Source of the DNA: an uncultured Eubacteriales bacterium
GTDB lineage: Bacteria; Bacillota; Clostridia; Christensenellales; CAG-138
Assembly: GCA_900545265.1 (NCBI GenBank)
Contig: UQYI01000003.1
Location: 8,932 to 72,931 of the forward strand
Length of the DNA: 64,000 nt
Direction: 5' to 3'
Shown: piece after piece, positions 1 through 10,100 of the stretch
Numbering within the stretch: position 1 is the stretch's first letter
Layout of the letters: each line of letters begins with the position of its first letter
Position numbers and translations under genes: made by a program
Notes under the pieces: generated by a model
The model's database searches: none
Seen by the model: the letters and a program-made list of their open reading frames with translations, nothing else
What the model was told of the DNA's origin: nothing

Positions 1-611
1 TTCTGTGTCTGGGGCCTTTGCCCCGTAAGTCCATAACGGCGGTTGACGATCTCCTGTTCCCGGGAGTTGAGCCGCTTCAGTGCCGTATGCAGCAGCACCC
101 GGTCCACCTCTTCCTCCAAAGCCTCCCCTACCTCTGCCCCGTCGGTACCCAGCACATCGGAAAGCAGCAGTTCATTGCCGTCGCCGTCCGTGTTCAAAGG
201 CTCATCAATGGACACTTCCAGCTTCAGTTTGCATGTTCGTCGCAAGTGCATCAATATCTCATTTTCGATGCATCGGGAAGCATAGGTCGCCAGTTTGATC
301 TTTTTCTCGCTGTTAAAGGTGTTTACAGCTTTGATAAGGCCAATGGTGCCGATGCTGATAAGGTCTTCCGTCAGCACTCCGGTGTTTTCAAACTTTTTGG
401 CGATATACACCACCAGCCGCAGATTATGCTCTATGAGCTTGTTCCGGGCCCACTCCTCCTGCGGGGCCAGCATGGCGCAGCGGCTCTCCTCTTCCGGGCT
501 CAGGGGAGCAGGCAGACTCTCTCCCGTCCGCAGATACCACAGAACATTCTTTTTCTTGGGAAACAGACGGCCCAGCAGCCGGTAAAACAACCTTTGAAAA
601 AATTGCAGCAT
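1..611 (-). CDS. sigE: Sporulation sigma factor SigE (pro-sigma-E), 3' end cut by window edge
   Basis: Minus-strand reading from ATG 611 (GGAGAA SD upstream) gives [42 protein letters not shown]...[39 protein letters not shown]...[15 protein letters not shown]. This shows sigma-70 regions 2-4 plus an N-terminal pro-sequence, and the gene lies directly downstream of spoIIGA. It is absent from the ORF track because it runs off the window. Confidence 0.85.
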   Translation of the reverse strand, partial: MLQFFQRLFYRLLGRLFPKKKNVLWYLRTGESLPAPLSPEEESRCAMLAPQEEWARNKLIEHNLRLVVYIAKKFENTGVLTEDLISIGTIGLIKAVNTFNSEKKIKLATYASRCIENEILMHLRRTCKLKLEVSIDEPLNTDGDGNELLLSDVLGTDGAEVGEALEEEVDRVLLHTALKRLNSREQEIVNRRYGLTGQRPQTQ

Positions 612-1362
612 ACTTATTTCTCCTTTCTCTGTGCGGCAATGCCCAGTCCGGCACAATGGCTCCCTCCTGAGCCAGTTCCATGGGCGCTTCTCCGCAGTAT
701 ACCGGTATCCTTTCCCCAGAATCCAACCGCAGTTCCCCCGGTGCTACGGTGATCTCTCCCCATCCCTCTATAAACAGAGGCGCTCCTTTTTGTATGCCTG
801 CATTTTTAAGCAGCACCACCGGCAGCCCTGTTACGGGCTCCCGAAGGAGATTTCCCGTATCCACAAAGGCCTGCCGGGCCATGGATCTTCCCTCCAGATA
901 CAGGATCACAGGGATCTCCCGGCTTTTTGCGTATCCCCGGCGAAGAAGGCTGCGCATCAGCCGCACCAGCCCCATTCCCGCCCCGGCTCCGTATAAAGCC
1001 AGCCGCAGGGGCACCGTAGTCACCACTGCCCCGCCGCTTTGCAGAGGGATCCCCAGGGCCAGCTGCAAAAGCAGCAGCCCTCCTCCCAGCAGGATAAAAG
1101 CTGCCAGCAGGGAAAAAAACACCGCCCCATACCGGCCCCGACGGCCCGTGCATACCGTCAGCAGGATCAAACAGACAATCCGCCCCGGCAGGGTCAGCAG
1201 AAACGGGATCCGGCTCAGAGCCGCCAGGCTCCACAAAGCCCCTCCCAAAGCGCACAGCCTGCTGCACCGGCCCCGCTCTCCCCGCAGACATTCCCCCAGC
1301 CGCAGGCCCAGCAGGTTCATGATAAAATTGTCCAGCAAAAACAGTTCCAGCGAGATGCGCAT
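424..1362 (-). CDS. spoIIGA: Sigma-E processing peptidase SpoIIGA
   Basis: 312-aa ORF with multiple N-terminal TM helices ([20 protein letters not shown]...) and the aspartic protease motif [19 protein letters not shown]. It lies between spoIIE and sigE. The last ~63 codons overlap sigE out of frame, so the true end is uncertain. Confidence 0.8.
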   Translation of the reverse strand: MRISLELFLLDNFIMNLLGLRLGECLRGERGRCSRLCALGGALWSLAALSRIPFLLTLPGRIVCLILLTVCTGRRGRYGAVFFSLLAAFILLGGGLLLLQLALGIPLQSGGAVVTTVPLRLALYGAGAGMGLVRLMRSLLRRGYAKSREIPVILYLEGRSMARQAFVDTGNLLREPVTGLPVVLLKNAGIQKGAPLFIEGWGEITVAPGELRLDSGERIPVYCGEAPMELAQEGAIVPDWALPHRERRNKYAAIFSKVVLPAAGPSVSQEKECSVVSADGRESACSPEPGRGEPLRHAGPAGGVGPEQAHRA

Positions 1363-1366
1363 TTCT

Positions 1367-3664
1367 TTACTCTATCCCTACCACCATCACCGTCATGTCA
1401 TCCTGCTGCCCCCGGGCTCTGGCCGCTTCCAGCACCGTTTGGGCCAGCTCCCGGTCTCCGCCCCGGTTCCATTGGGTCAACGCTTCCTCCATTTCCTTCC
1501 CCAGCAGATCATAGACCCCGTCGGTCACAAAGATCAGCTTATCCCGCCGCCGCAGATGCAGCCGCTGCACGGAGGGCTTGGCCTCATCTACGATACCGCA
1601 GGGCAGGGATTCTCCAAAGAGAAACCGTGGCACTCCGCCCCGCAGCAGACAGGTAGGGGGTGCGCCGAACTTTACCAACTCCGTTTCCCCCGTGCCCAGA
1701 TCGATACTGGCTGTATCCAATGTAGCATATATTTCCTCCCGAGCCCGATGCAGCAGCAGGCGATTCACATTTTCATATACCAGCTCCCGTTCCAATCCTG
1801 CCTGCAGCATGGTAAAGAGCAGATGAATGGCCTCCCGGCTTTCCGCCATGGCCTTTTCCCCGCTGCCCATGCCGTCGGATACGGCATAAACCACCCGGCC
1901 ATTGGGCAGCCGGTATTCCCCCGATGCATCCCCGGAGGGCACGCCGGGGTTTTCCGGCAAAGCCGCCACAGCCATGGAAGCTCGCAGCGCCGCCCCTTCC
2001 TCCATCTCCAGCAGCAGGGTATTTTCCCTTCGCCGGGCTTCCAGCAGCCGCATGGTCTTTCCCGTCAGCTGACTCACCGCCTGTACCGCCTGACCGGAGG
2101 ATATGTCCTTATCCGCCTCCAGCTTCAGTCGCAGCAGCAGTCTTCCCCCGGGGTAAAAGGCATCTAAAGCCGCCGGCCGAAACCCTTTACTCTGAAGGCC
2201 GCCGAACAGCCGGGTCTCCAGCTTGTCATCCACCCAGCAGTCCTCTCTCAGCCTTGCAGACTGCCGGAACAGGGCGGCCGCCAGCCCGCTGAGCTGGCGA
2301 TTCATATAGGCATACTGATCCATGGCCCGCCGCAGCCCTGCTTCATGGGCAAAGGCCTGATTATAAGATTGATAGGCGGCGGACATCATTTCATGAAAAT
2401 ACCGGCAGCGGACGTCCATAGGCGGCAAAGGACGCACGCTCTCCCCCCGGTCATAGGCAGGCAAAAGGGAAAGGATCGCTTTTTCCATGGCAGCTCCGTC
2501 CCGCCAGCAGAGTATCCTGGCTTCACAGCCCATACATACCTGCCGGGCTGCCCCCAGCGACCAGGCCTCCAGATATTGCCCCGCCGTCTCTCCCGGAGTG
2601 AACAGACCGGAAAGCTCCCCGCACAAACGGGCGGTCTGCTCCATCTCCCGGGCGGTACGTTCCTGAAGCCGCCGGATAGCCAAAGCCGTATTTTCCCGGC
2701 GGCTTCGGTTTTCGCTGAGGATACCTTCCAGCAAATTCAGCCATTCCCCCGGTAAGGCTCCGAAAAGCATAGCGGCGATCAGCGCATTCTCCATGGTCAC
2801 CGGGCCCCGGTTCCCCGTCAGAAATCCATAGGCAACGGCCTGACTCAACAAAAATGCAATAAGCAGATAACCCCGGCCATAGGGTGCCGTCAGCGCACAG
2901 AACAGCGCCGTCAGCGCATAGGTGCCAAGCAGTTCCGGCCCCTTATCCATGCCCATGGCCAGCACGGCTCCCAGCAATACGCTGACCCCTATGCCCCCCG
3001 GCCCTCGGGCATAAGTCAACAGCAGCATACACACATACAGCAGCACCGCCGGCAATGACAGGTTCCCCGCCTCCAGCCCCCGGAGCCCAAGCAGCAGCAA
3101 TCCCGTCAGCACGCACAGGCACAGCTGCTCCGACCCGCCCAAGGGGTTTTGCAAAGAAAATCTGCGGAAAATGGCGTAACACCGCAGCAGCAGAAACAAA
3201 CACAATACGGATAAGGCTGCCGACAGCAATGCATACGCCGCAGAAGCCCCCGTACCGTCTATTTGAAAAGGCAGTACCGCTCCCTCCGTTAGCACAAACA
3301 GGAGCAGCCGCCCGCTTACCGAAGGCTGTCGAACGAATATCCCGGCCAGGATCAGAAGCAGGGAAAATACCGCCCCTGCGATCATAACGCCCCAAAGCGG
3401 CTGCCCCTCCAGCAGAGCGCCCAGCAGCACCCCCGCCCCGGGAAACAGGGGATGAATGCCGCAAAATGCCGCTGCTCCCAGAACACTCAATCCAAAAGGT
3501 GCGCACAGATTCCCCAGCCGGATCCGGCCCAGAAGCAATGCGCAAAGAAAGAGCCCCAGCTCCATGCAGCACCGGCTGCTCCCTTGCAGCAGGGGGCCTG
3601 CTTCCATGGTGCTGCGCAGCCGTGCATACAGCGATTTTCGTTTGTTGCCTTTTCTGTTTGACAT
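1367..3664 (-). CDS. spoIIE: Stage II sporulation protein E (membrane PP2C phosphatase)
   Basis: 765-aa ORF with about 10 N-terminal TM segments. The C-terminal PP2C domain reads YAVSDGMGSGEKAMAESREAI...FVTDGVYDLL...QQDDMTVMVVGIE. Confidence 0.9.
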   Translation of the reverse strand: MSNRKGNKRKSLYARLRSTMEAGPLLQGSSRCCMELGLFLCALLLGRIRLGNLCAPFGLSVLGAAAFCGIHPLFPGAGVLLGALLEGQPLWGVMIAGAVFSLLLILAGIFVRQPSVSGRLLLFVLTEGAVLPFQIDGTGASAAYALLSAALSVLCLFLLLRCYAIFRRFSLQNPLGGSEQLCLCVLTGLLLLGLRGLEAGNLSLPAVLLYVCMLLLTYARGPGGIGVSVLLGAVLAMGMDKGPELLGTYALTALFCALTAPYGRGYLLIAFLLSQAVAYGFLTGNRGPVTMENALIAAMLFGALPGEWLNLLEGILSENRSRRENTALAIRRLQERTAREMEQTARLCGELSGLFTPGETAGQYLEAWSLGAARQVCMGCEARILCWRDGAAMEKAILSLLPAYDRGESVRPLPPMDVRCRYFHEMMSAAYQSYNQAFAHEAGLRRAMDQYAYMNRQLSGLAAALFRQSARLREDCWVDDKLETRLFGGLQSKGFRPAALDAFYPGGRLLLRLKLEADKDISSGQAVQAVSQLTGKTMRLLEARRRENTLLLEMEEGAALRASMAVAALPENPGVPSGDASGEYRLPNGRVVYAVSDGMGSGEKAMAESREAIHLLFTMLQAGLERELVYENVNRLLLHRAREEIYATLDTASIDLGTGETELVKFGAPPTCLLRGGVPRFLFGESLPCGIVDEAKPSVQRLHLRRRDKLIFVTDGVYDLLGKEMEEALTQWNRGGDRELAQTVLEAARARGQQDDMTVMVVGIE

Positions 3665-3806
3665 GGCGCTATTTTATACCAGAGCGATGGGTGATTTTTC
3701 GGCGAATCGACTCTTTGGTTCCCGGGATTCTTTTGACAGCATCCCTCCATCCCGCCCCCATATCCCTCCGTACCTCCAGCTCTCCCCTTGCTTCCGTGGG
3801 AAAACC

Positions 3807-3835
3807 TTGCCACAGACTCCGTACTGTGGTATACT
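3807..3835 (+). promoter_or_regulatory. Sigma-A-type promoter upstream of the tmk-like gene
   Basis: TTGCCA (3807-3812), 17-nt spacer, TGG-TATACT (3830-3835, extended -10), located 33 nt before the ATG. Confidence 0.5.
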
Positions 3836-3867
3836 CGGCTAGAAATTTTTTGTGAACGGGAGCAGCT

Positions 3868-4542
3868 ATGAGCAGGATCATTACTCTGGAAGGCATTGAC
3901 GGTACCGGGAAGGGCACACAGACCCGGCGTCTGAAGGCGGCACTGGAGCAGCGGGGACTGAAGGTGGGTGAGCTTTCCTTCCCTGCCTACGGCAGCTACT
4001 TTGGCGGTTATGTGGGGCAATACCTTTCCGGAAAACTGGGCACCGCCGCCGACCGGGTGGATCAGCACAGTATGGCCCTGTGGTTTGCCCTGGATCGTTG
4101 GGAAGCCATGCAGGCCTTTGATCCGGAGGCCTACGATGTGGTGCTCATCAACCGGTATGTACTCTCCAATGCCGTATACCAGAGCATTCGGGACCTTGAC
4201 CTGAACAGCGGCACAGATATGCTGGCCTTTTGCACGGAACTGGAATACGGGCATTTTCATCTGCCTCGACCGGATATGCAGCTGATTCTGGATGTTGCGC
4301 CTATGGAAGCTTCCAGAAATGTAGAAAAGAAAGGGTTCCGGGACTATGTGGGGGATAAGAAGGATGTGTATGAAGCCGCCGGTTCCCTGCAGCAGCGCGC
4401 CCGGGACAGGTATCTGCAATACGCAGCCCGGCTGGATGATGCATTTGTGATCTCCTGTATGGAAGCCGGCCGGTTGCTGCCCGAGGAACAGGTACACGAA
4501 AAAGTCATGGCTGTAGTACTTCCCGGGCTGAACCTTTGCTGA
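3868..4542 (+). CDS. tmk: Thymidylate (dTMP) kinase family protein
   Basis: 224-aa ORF with N-terminal P-loop ITLEGIDGTGKGTQ and a dTMP-kinase-like length and layout. GGGAG SD sits 6 nt upstream. Confidence 0.65.
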   Translation: MSRIITLEGIDGTGKGTQTRRLKAALEQRGLKVGELSFPAYGSYFGGYVGQYLSGKLGTAADRVDQHSMALWFALDRWEAMQAFDPEAYDVVLINRYVLSNAVYQSIRDLDLNSGTDMLAFCTELEYGHFHLPRPDMQLILDVAPMEASRNVEKKGFRDYVGDKKDVYEAAGSLQQRARDRYLQYAARLDDAFVISCMEAGRLLPEEQVHEKVMAVVLPGLNLC

Positions 4543-4574
4543 GCTTCGCCAATGCCTCTTCCGTCTATATGTAC

Positions 4575-4600
4575 GGCCCCTTCGGGGGCTTTTTTCTTTT
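4575..4600 (+). terminator. Intrinsic terminator after the tmk-like gene
   Basis: GGCCCC-TTCG-GGGGC hairpin followed by TTTTTTCTTTT. Confidence 0.7.
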
Positions 4601-4691
4601 CGGAGGAAAAGGCGGCACACAGCAGGTAGAAAAACGGTGTGCTGCTCAGATATGGCCTCCCGACTCACCAGCCTTTTTTAGCAGCAACAAA

Positions 4692-4738
4692 GCAAACAAA
4701 AAGAAGCCTCCAAAGAGGCTTCTGTTCCGATAAAAAAA
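4692..4738 (-). terminator. Terminator region of the SRP RNA gene
   Basis: A U-run (4732-4738) directly follows the 3' closing stem of the RNA. A second hairpin GAAGCCUC-UUUG-GAGGCUUC (4703-4722) is followed by UUUUUGUUUG on the minus strand. Confidence 0.6.
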
Positions 4739-5005
4739 GCGTGCACCCCGCTTCGTCGCCTGGTTCCCGGCTGGACCCCCGGACAGGTGGCTCCCCGCAG
4801 GAAGACTTGCGGCACACAAACCTATCCGCTTAGTGCTGCTTCCTTCCGGATCTGACACGGTTCACAGCGGTCTGTTGCACAAGACCCGCAGCTCAACACT
4901 CCTTATCCGGGCCATAACCCAAAACCATGCGCCTCAGACGGGGGATCCGGTCCTGCTGTAGCGGATTGCAGGTTCAGGGCACCGCTGATTCCCCACTTGG
5001 CACGC
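4739..5005 (-). ncRNA. ffs: Signal recognition particle RNA, long (Bacillus/Clostridium) type with Alu domain
   Basis: The minus strand contains the universal helix-8 motif GUCAGAUCCGGAAGGAAGCAGCACUAAG and an Alu-like 5' domain (GGUGCCCUGAACCUGCAAUCCGCUACAGCAGG). The 5' GCGUGCC pairs with the 3' GGUGCACGC. Length is about 267 nt, with its own promoter and a U-run. Confidence 0.85.
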
Positions 5006-5012
5006 AAGTTAT

Positions 5013-5041
5013 AGTATACCCTATTCTTTCGTCCTTTGCAA
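5013..5041 (-). promoter_or_regulatory. Sigma-A promoter of the SRP RNA, embedded in the 3' end of the upstream CDS
   Basis: Minus strand: TTGCAA (5041-5036), 17-nt spacer, TATACT (5018-5013). The predicted start lies about 7 nt downstream, at the 5' stem of the RNA. Confidence 0.6.
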
Positions 5042-5935
5042 GCGGGAAATCGCCCAAAGCAGCGCCTGCCTTTCTCCATTTGGGATCTGTTCCTTCAGCT
5101 GTTGTTCCATCAGCGGCAGCAGATCCTTTCTGTCGGCCTTAGCTGCCAGCACAGCACTTTGGGCAATGAGCTTATTCCCCTTTTTCATGTTCTTTCCAAT
5201 GATCTGCAAAGCCGCCTTCTGTTCCCCGGCCAACAGCCTCTCCGGCGCAAAGGCTGCCCGTTCCTCTCCTGTCTGGGGCCGATGCGGCACCCCCGCATTC
5301 AGCGGGCATACCTCCTGGCAGACCTCACATCCCATAAGCACGGTCATTCGCTCCATGACCGCCGGAGGCATATCCTCCTCCATATAGGCGCGGATACACC
5401 TGCGCCAATGATACCCGCCTTCGTCTATGGCGCCTCCTGGGCAGGCCCGTTGGCAGCGCCCGCAATGCAGGCAGCCGCTGGAAAGAACCGGATCGGGGCA
5501 CTCTCCCTCCGCCTCCACCATCAGACCCTGCAAAATGAACCGGGTTCCCCATCGAGGCAGCGCTATCAGCGAATTGCAAAGCATCGTCCCAAGCCCCCAG
5601 TGCTCCATGACGGTTTTGAAAGGCACCCGGGCCATTTCGCACCGTTCTCCCCTGCCCAGAAGCTTTTGCCGCAGGGCCATGGCGGCATGATAACTTTGGT
5701 TGGAGGCCGGATAGTAACCCGATAGTCCGCTCTCCGGCGTATAGGGCACATAAGGCCAGACCAACAGCAAAAACCCCCGGGCCCATGGATAGGCCTGACG
5801 GGGGTCTGCTTCAATATAATCTGCCTGCGGGGGCATATCCCCCTCCGCCCGCCTGCACACCCAATCTTTATATTGGGGCACCGGCAGCAGCCAGGCCTGC
5901 TGAAAGCCAAAAGCGGCGGCTTCCTCCGTCAGCAC
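5021..5935 (-). CDS. Epoxyqueuosine reductase (QueG)-like 4Fe-4S protein
   Basis: 304-aa ORF with two ferredoxin-type Cys clusters (CLHCGRCQRACPGGAI and GCEVCQEVCPLN) and a C-terminal HEAT-like tail. This architecture resembles QueG; the call is from motif memory only. Confidence 0.55.
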   Translation of the reverse strand: MLTEEAAAFGFQQAWLLPVPQYKDWVCRRAEGDMPPQADYIEADPRQAYPWARGFLLLVWPYVPYTPESGLSGYYPASNQSYHAAMALRQKLLGRGERCEMARVPFKTVMEHWGLGTMLCNSLIALPRWGTRFILQGLMVEAEGECPDPVLSSGCLHCGRCQRACPGGAIDEGGYHWRRCIRAYMEEDMPPAVMERMTVLMGCEVCQEVCPLNAGVPHRPQTGEERAAFAPERLLAGEQKAALQIIGKNMKKGNKLIAQSAVLAAKADRKDLLPLMEQQLKEQIPNGERQALLWAISRLQRTKE

Positions 5936-6565
5936 TTACTTGGTGCCGAAAAGCCTGTCTCCGGCATCGCCCAGACCGGGCACGATGTAGCCATGGTCGT
6001 TGAGTTTTTCATCGATGGCCGCCACATAAATATCCACATCGGGATGGGCCTTCTGCAGGGCGTAAATCCCTTCAGGCGCCGCCAGCAGGCAGACCAGACG
6101 GATGCTGTTGGCCCCTGCTTCCTTCACCAGACGGATGGCCTCGATGGCGGAATTTCCGGTAGCCAGCATGGGATCCACAATGATGCATTCCCGCTGTGCA
6201 ATATCATCGGGAAGTTTGCAGTAGTAGCCCGTGGGCATCAGGGTATCGGGGTTGCGGTACAGGCCAATGTGCCCCATTTTGGCATTGGGGATCAGGTTCA
6301 TCATGCCGTCTGCCATACCCAGGCCAGCCCGCAGAATGGGGATCACCGCCAGCTTCTCGTTGGAAAGCATATTGAAGGTAGCGGTCGTAATGGGCGTTTC
6401 AATGGATACGGGGGTCAGAGGAAGGTTCCGGGTGACCTCATAGCCCATGAGCATGGACAGCTCCTGCACCAGTTCCCTGAACTGCTTGGCGCCGGTGTTC
6501 TTGTCCCGCAGCAGGGCCAGCTTATGCTGAACGAGAGGATGGTCGATAACGGTTACTTTGCTCAT
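5936..6565 (-). CDS. upp: Uracil phosphoribosyltransferase
   Basis: 209-aa [53 protein letters not shown]...[10 protein letters not shown]...[17 protein letters not shown], which carries the canonical Upp signatures. Confidence 0.95.
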   Translation of the reverse strand: MSKVTVIDHPLVQHKLALLRDKNTGAKQFRELVQELSMLMGYEVTRNLPLTPVSIETPITTATFNMLSNEKLAVIPILRAGLGMADGMMNLIPNAKMGHIGLYRNPDTLMPTGYYCKLPDDIAQRECIIVDPMLATGNSAIEAIRLVKEAGANSIRLVCLLAAPEGIYALQKAHPDVDIYVAAIDEKLNDHGYIVPGLGDAGDRLFGTK

Positions 6566-6583
6566 ATGTACACCTCCTGGGTT

Positions 6584-7054
6584 TTAATCGTTTTCTTTTT
6601 CGTATCTGGTAATCTTGCCTATGCGGCGGGCGTGCCGTTCCTCACCGGAAAAGGGCGTTTCCAGCCAGATCCCGGCAATTTTTTCCGCCTGTTCCGCCGT
6701 TACCAGCTTGGCGCCGAAGGCCAGCACATTGGTATCGTTATGCAGCCGGGTTAGCCGGGCGCATTCTTCATTATCACACAATGCGCAGCGGATGCCCCTG
6801 ACTTTGTTGGCGCAGATAGACACGCCAATGCCCGTAGTGCACATAACGATGCCCCTGTCCGCTTCGCCGGTAGCTACGGCCAGAGCAGCGGGAAAAGCGG
6901 TATCCGGATAATCCATGCTTTCCTGAGAGAAACACCCAAAGTCCAGCACCACATACCCCTGCGCCTGAAGCCATGCCTTTATATGCTGCTTGAGCGCATA
7001 AGCCCCATGGTCGCAGGCCATGGCAATCTTTTCTACGCCTATCTTATTTATCAT
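6584..7054 (-). CDS. rpiB: Ribose-5-phosphate isomerase B
   Basis: 156-aa ORF ...KIAMACDHGAYALKQHIKAWLQAQGYVVLDFG...GIVMCTTGIGVSICANKVRGIRCAL..., typical of the RpiB/LacAB family. The start may be an internal GTG a few codons downstream. Confidence 0.9.
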   Translation of the reverse strand: MINKIGVEKIAMACDHGAYALKQHIKAWLQAQGYVVLDFGCFSQESMDYPDTAFPAALAVATGEADRGIVMCTTGIGVSICANKVRGIRCALCDNEECARLTRLHNDTNVLAFGAKLVTAEQAEKIAGIWLETPFSGEERHARRIGKITRYEKEND

Positions 7055-7171
7055 ACCATTTGTTCCGTCCTTTCTACAAGATGAAAATATCTGGGAACGG
7101 GCTGAATTTCTTTTATGTCTCCCATTCCCTCATAGCTGGTATGTGCACTGCCATATAAGTCCCCTCTGTCT

Positions 7172-8218
7172 TTATACCTCTTCTACCTGAAAGCCCGCAG
7201 CCCGCAGCAGCCGGTTCATGTAGGCAAGGCCCGCCCCCTGAGGCGGTACGCCTTCGCAGAGGATCACCTCCGCCCGTTCATCCATTTCCCGCAGCAGGGT
7301 AAAAAGCCGGGCACACAGAGTCACCGGATCCTGCCTGTCCCCCATAAGGGAGCAGCGGCAGCCTCTGGCTTTGTACAGCGCCATAGTCTGTTCCGTGCCG
7401 GCTATTTCCACAGTCTTTCCCTGCGCTTCCATAGCGGCATACCGCTCCAATATCCGCCGGGCTGCCTTTTCCGGCTCCCCGGTGACCACATATACCTGCG
7501 CTTTGGGGGCATAGTGGCGATACTTCATTCCGGGGGAAAGTACCTTTTCCCCTGTCTTCAGGGGATGGAGCAGACAGTCTGCCAGCTGCACCTCTCCTAT
7601 AACGGCTCCCAGCATCTCCTTGGTCACGGCACCGGGCCGAAGGATGGTGGGTATCCCCACCAAAGAAAGTACCGTGCTCTCCACCCCAAAGCGGCAGGGG
7701 CCTCCGTCCAGGATCAGCGGGATCTTCCCTTCCATATCCCGCAAAACATGCTCCGCCCGGGTAGGGCTGGGCTTGCCGCTGAGATTGGCGCTGGGGGCAG
7801 CAACAGGCACACCCGCCTTCTCAATAAGAGCCAGCGCCGTAGGATTATGGGGCATACGCACCGCCACGGTATCCAGTCCTGCCGTTACCTCATCCGGCAC
7901 GCATTCCGCCCGCCGGAATATCAGGGTGAGGGGGCCCGGCCAGAATGTATCCATCAGCTTTTCGGCCTCCGGGGGCACCTCCAGCCACAGATTTCCGGCC
8001 TGTTCCTTCCGGGATACATGGAGGATCAACGGGTTGTCGTTAGGCCGTCCCTTGGCCAGAAAGATGCGGTTTACCGCCTCTCCGTCCAGTCCGTTGGCCC
8101 CCAGACCATATACCGTTTCCGTTGGGAAAGCCACCAGCCCGCCGTTCCGAATAATTTCGGCGCCCAGCTCCGTCCCCGCCAAGGGATCCGCCACGCAGCC
8201 GATCACTTTGGTTTCCAT
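7172..8218 (-). CDS. tsaC: L-threonylcarbamoyladenylate synthase (Sua5/YwlC long form)
   Basis: 348-aa ORF with the YrdC-domain motif GGLVAFPTETVYGLGANGLD plus a C-terminal Sua5 domain. It sits in the conserved context next to prfA-prmC-rpiB. Confidence 0.9.
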   Translation of the reverse strand: METKVIGCVADPLAGTELGAEIIRNGGLVAFPTETVYGLGANGLDGEAVNRIFLAKGRPNDNPLILHVSRKEQAGNLWLEVPPEAEKLMDTFWPGPLTLIFRRAECVPDEVTAGLDTVAVRMPHNPTALALIEKAGVPVAAPSANLSGKPSPTRAEHVLRDMEGKIPLILDGGPCRFGVESTVLSLVGIPTILRPGAVTKEMLGAVIGEVQLADCLLHPLKTGEKVLSPGMKYRHYAPKAQVYVVTGEPEKAARRILERYAAMEAQGKTVEIAGTEQTMALYKARGCRCSLMGDRQDPVTLCARLFTLLREMDERAEVILCEGVPPQGAGLAYMNRLLRAAGFQVEEV

Positions 8219-8239
8219 AAAACTTTACTTCCTTTTGGC

Positions 8240-9313
8240 TTATGCCTCTCCTTCGCCGCTGAGCTGCCGGGTGCGCTCGGCCACGATAAGTGCGTCGATA
8301 AGCTCGTCCATATCTCCGTCCAAAAACTGATCCAGCTTGTACAGGGTCATGTTGATCCTGTGATCCGTCACCCGGTTCTGCGGGAAATTATAGGTGCGGA
8401 TCCGCTCGCTTCTGTCGCCGGAACCTACCATGCTCTTTCGGGCGCTGGCCACGGCGGCATTCTGCTGCGACTGGTACATATCGTACAGGCGGCTTTTGAG
8501 TACCTTCATGGCCTTATCCTTATTCTTGAACTGACTGCGCTCATCCTGACATTCCACCACGATACCCGTAGGCAAATGGGTGATGCGGATGGCCGAGGAT
8601 GTCTTGTTTACATGCTGTCCCCCTGCCCCGGAGCTGCGATAGGTATCGATCTGGATATCTGAATCCCGGATCTCTATCTGCACGTCTTCCACCTCCGGCA
8701 GCACGGCCACCGTGGCTGCGCTGGTGTGGATGCGTCCCTGAGATTCCGTCTCCGGCACCCGCTGCACCCGGTGAACGCCGCTTTCAAACTTCAGCCGGGA
8801 ATAGGCACCATTTCCGGTAAGGGTCAGCACCACTTCCTTGACGCCGCCCTTTTCCGTCAGATTCTCGGTCATAAACTCCACGCCGTAACGATGGCGCTCG
8901 GCGTAGCGCTCATACATCCGCAGCAGATCCGCTCCGAACAAAGAGGCTTCCTCCCCGCCGGTGCCTGCCCGAATCTCCAGAATTACGTTTTTATCGTCAT
9001 TGGGGTCTTTTGGCAGCAGCAGGAGTTTTAGTTCCTCCTCCAGCTTTTTTTCTTTTTCTCCCAGCAGAGAAAGCTCTCCCTGGACCATCTCTTTCATTTC
9101 CGGCTCCAGGTGCTCTTCCAGCATGGCCCTGCAGTCCTCTTCTTCCGTAAGAGTCTGCTCATACACATCGTATACGGCCACAATCTCTCCCAGCTGGGAC
9201 TGTTCCTTATTCATCTCCCGCCATTTGTCCATATCCGCCATGGCTTCCGGCGCACTGAGGAGCTTTCCCAGCTCCTCGTAACGGGCTTTCAGTTTTTTCA
9301 GCTTATCTCTCAT
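8240..9313 (-). CDS. prfA: Peptide chain release factor 1
   Basis: 357-aa ORF with the GGQ motif [23 protein letters not shown] and an RF1-type N-terminal region. Confidence 0.95.
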   Translation of the reverse strand: MRDKLKKLKARYEELGKLLSAPEAMADMDKWREMNKEQSQLGEIVAVYDVYEQTLTEEEDCRAMLEEHLEPEMKEMVQGELSLLGEKEKKLEEELKLLLLPKDPNDDKNVILEIRAGTGGEEASLFGADLLRMYERYAERHRYGVEFMTENLTEKGGVKEVVLTLTGNGAYSRLKFESGVHRVQRVPETESQGRIHTSAATVAVLPEVEDVQIEIRDSDIQIDTYRSSGAGGQHVNKTSSAIRITHLPTGIVVECQDERSQFKNKDKAMKVLKSRLYDMYQSQQNAAVASARKSMVGSGDRSERIRTYNFPQNRVTDHRINMTLYKLDQFLDGDMDELIDALIVAERTRQLSGEGEA

Positions 9314-10100
9314 GTTTCGTCCAGATCACCATGCGGTCCAGGCCGCTCAGGTCTTTTTCCACTCGGCTTCCCGGGAACAGCGCCTGTACTTCTGTCCCCT
9401 GAGTGCAGCCTATCTCCATATACAGGGATCCTCCCGGTTCCAGACAGGCCGCCGCCTCCCGGCTCAACCGCCGGTAGAAGTCCAGACCGTCTTTGCCGCC
9501 GTACAGGGCCTGTGCAGGTTCAAATGTCAGTTCCTTTTGCAGGAAATTCATTTCCGTTTCCGTCAGGTAAGGCGGGTTGCAGAGAATACAGGCAAATGTA
9601 TCCGCCTTTACGGGCTCCAGCAGATCTCCCTGCAAAAACACCCCTTCCACGCCGTTTATACGGGCGTTTTCCCGGGCCAGCGCCAACGCCTCTCCGCTGA
9701 TATCGGAAAAGGTAACCTTCGCTCCGCCCAGCTTCCCCAGCGCCACCCCCAGACAGCCCGTGCCGCAGCAGAGATCCAGCACCATGTCTCCGGGTTTTAT
9801 CTCTTTCAGTGCCAACTCGCACAGCAGTTCCGTTTCCGGGCGGGGGATCAGCGCGCCAGGGCCCACCCGCATGGGCAGCCCCATAAACGCCCATTCTCCC
9901 AAAATATACTGGAGCGGTTCTCCCGTAAGCCGCCGCCGTACCATGGCGCTCAGCTGCATCCAATCTTCCGCTGTCACCGGCCGGGAAGTCCTGCGCCCCA
10001 ACACCTGTTCCAGCATAAATCCAGCTTCCAGTCCGGCTTCCTCTCCGGCAGCGGGGATCAAGATCTGTTCCAGCTCCCGGCGGGCCAGATTCCGATCCAC
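9303..10100 (-). CDS. prmC: Release factor glutamine N5-methyltransferase PrmC/HemK
   Basis: 265-aa ORF with a SAM-binding motif ([12 protein letters not shown]) and the NPPY motif (ILCNPPYL). It overlaps the prfA stop by 11 nt. Confidence 0.9.
   Translation of the reverse strand: MDRNLARRELEQILIPAAGEEAGLEAGFMLEQVLGRRTSRPVTAEDWMQLSAMVRRRLTGEPLQYILGEWAFMGLPMRVGPGALIPRPETELLCELALKEIKPGDMVLDLCCGTGCLGVALGKLGGAKVTFSDISGEALALARENARINGVEGVFLQGDLLEPVKADTFACILCNPPYLTETEMNFLQKELTFEPAQALYGGKDGLDFYRRLSREAAACLEPGGSLYMEIGCTQGTEVQALFPGSRVEKDLSGLDRMVIWTKHER

Noticed and set aside
3700-3706. Spo0A-box-like heptamer CGGCGAA upstream of spoIIE, with a second one (reverse complement TTCGCCG) at 40519-40525 upstream of the Spo0A-like pair.
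   Set aside because: Each is a 6/7 match to TGNCGAA and lacks the first T. Such single short GC-rich matches are expected by chance in this genome, so they are not enough to call binding sites.
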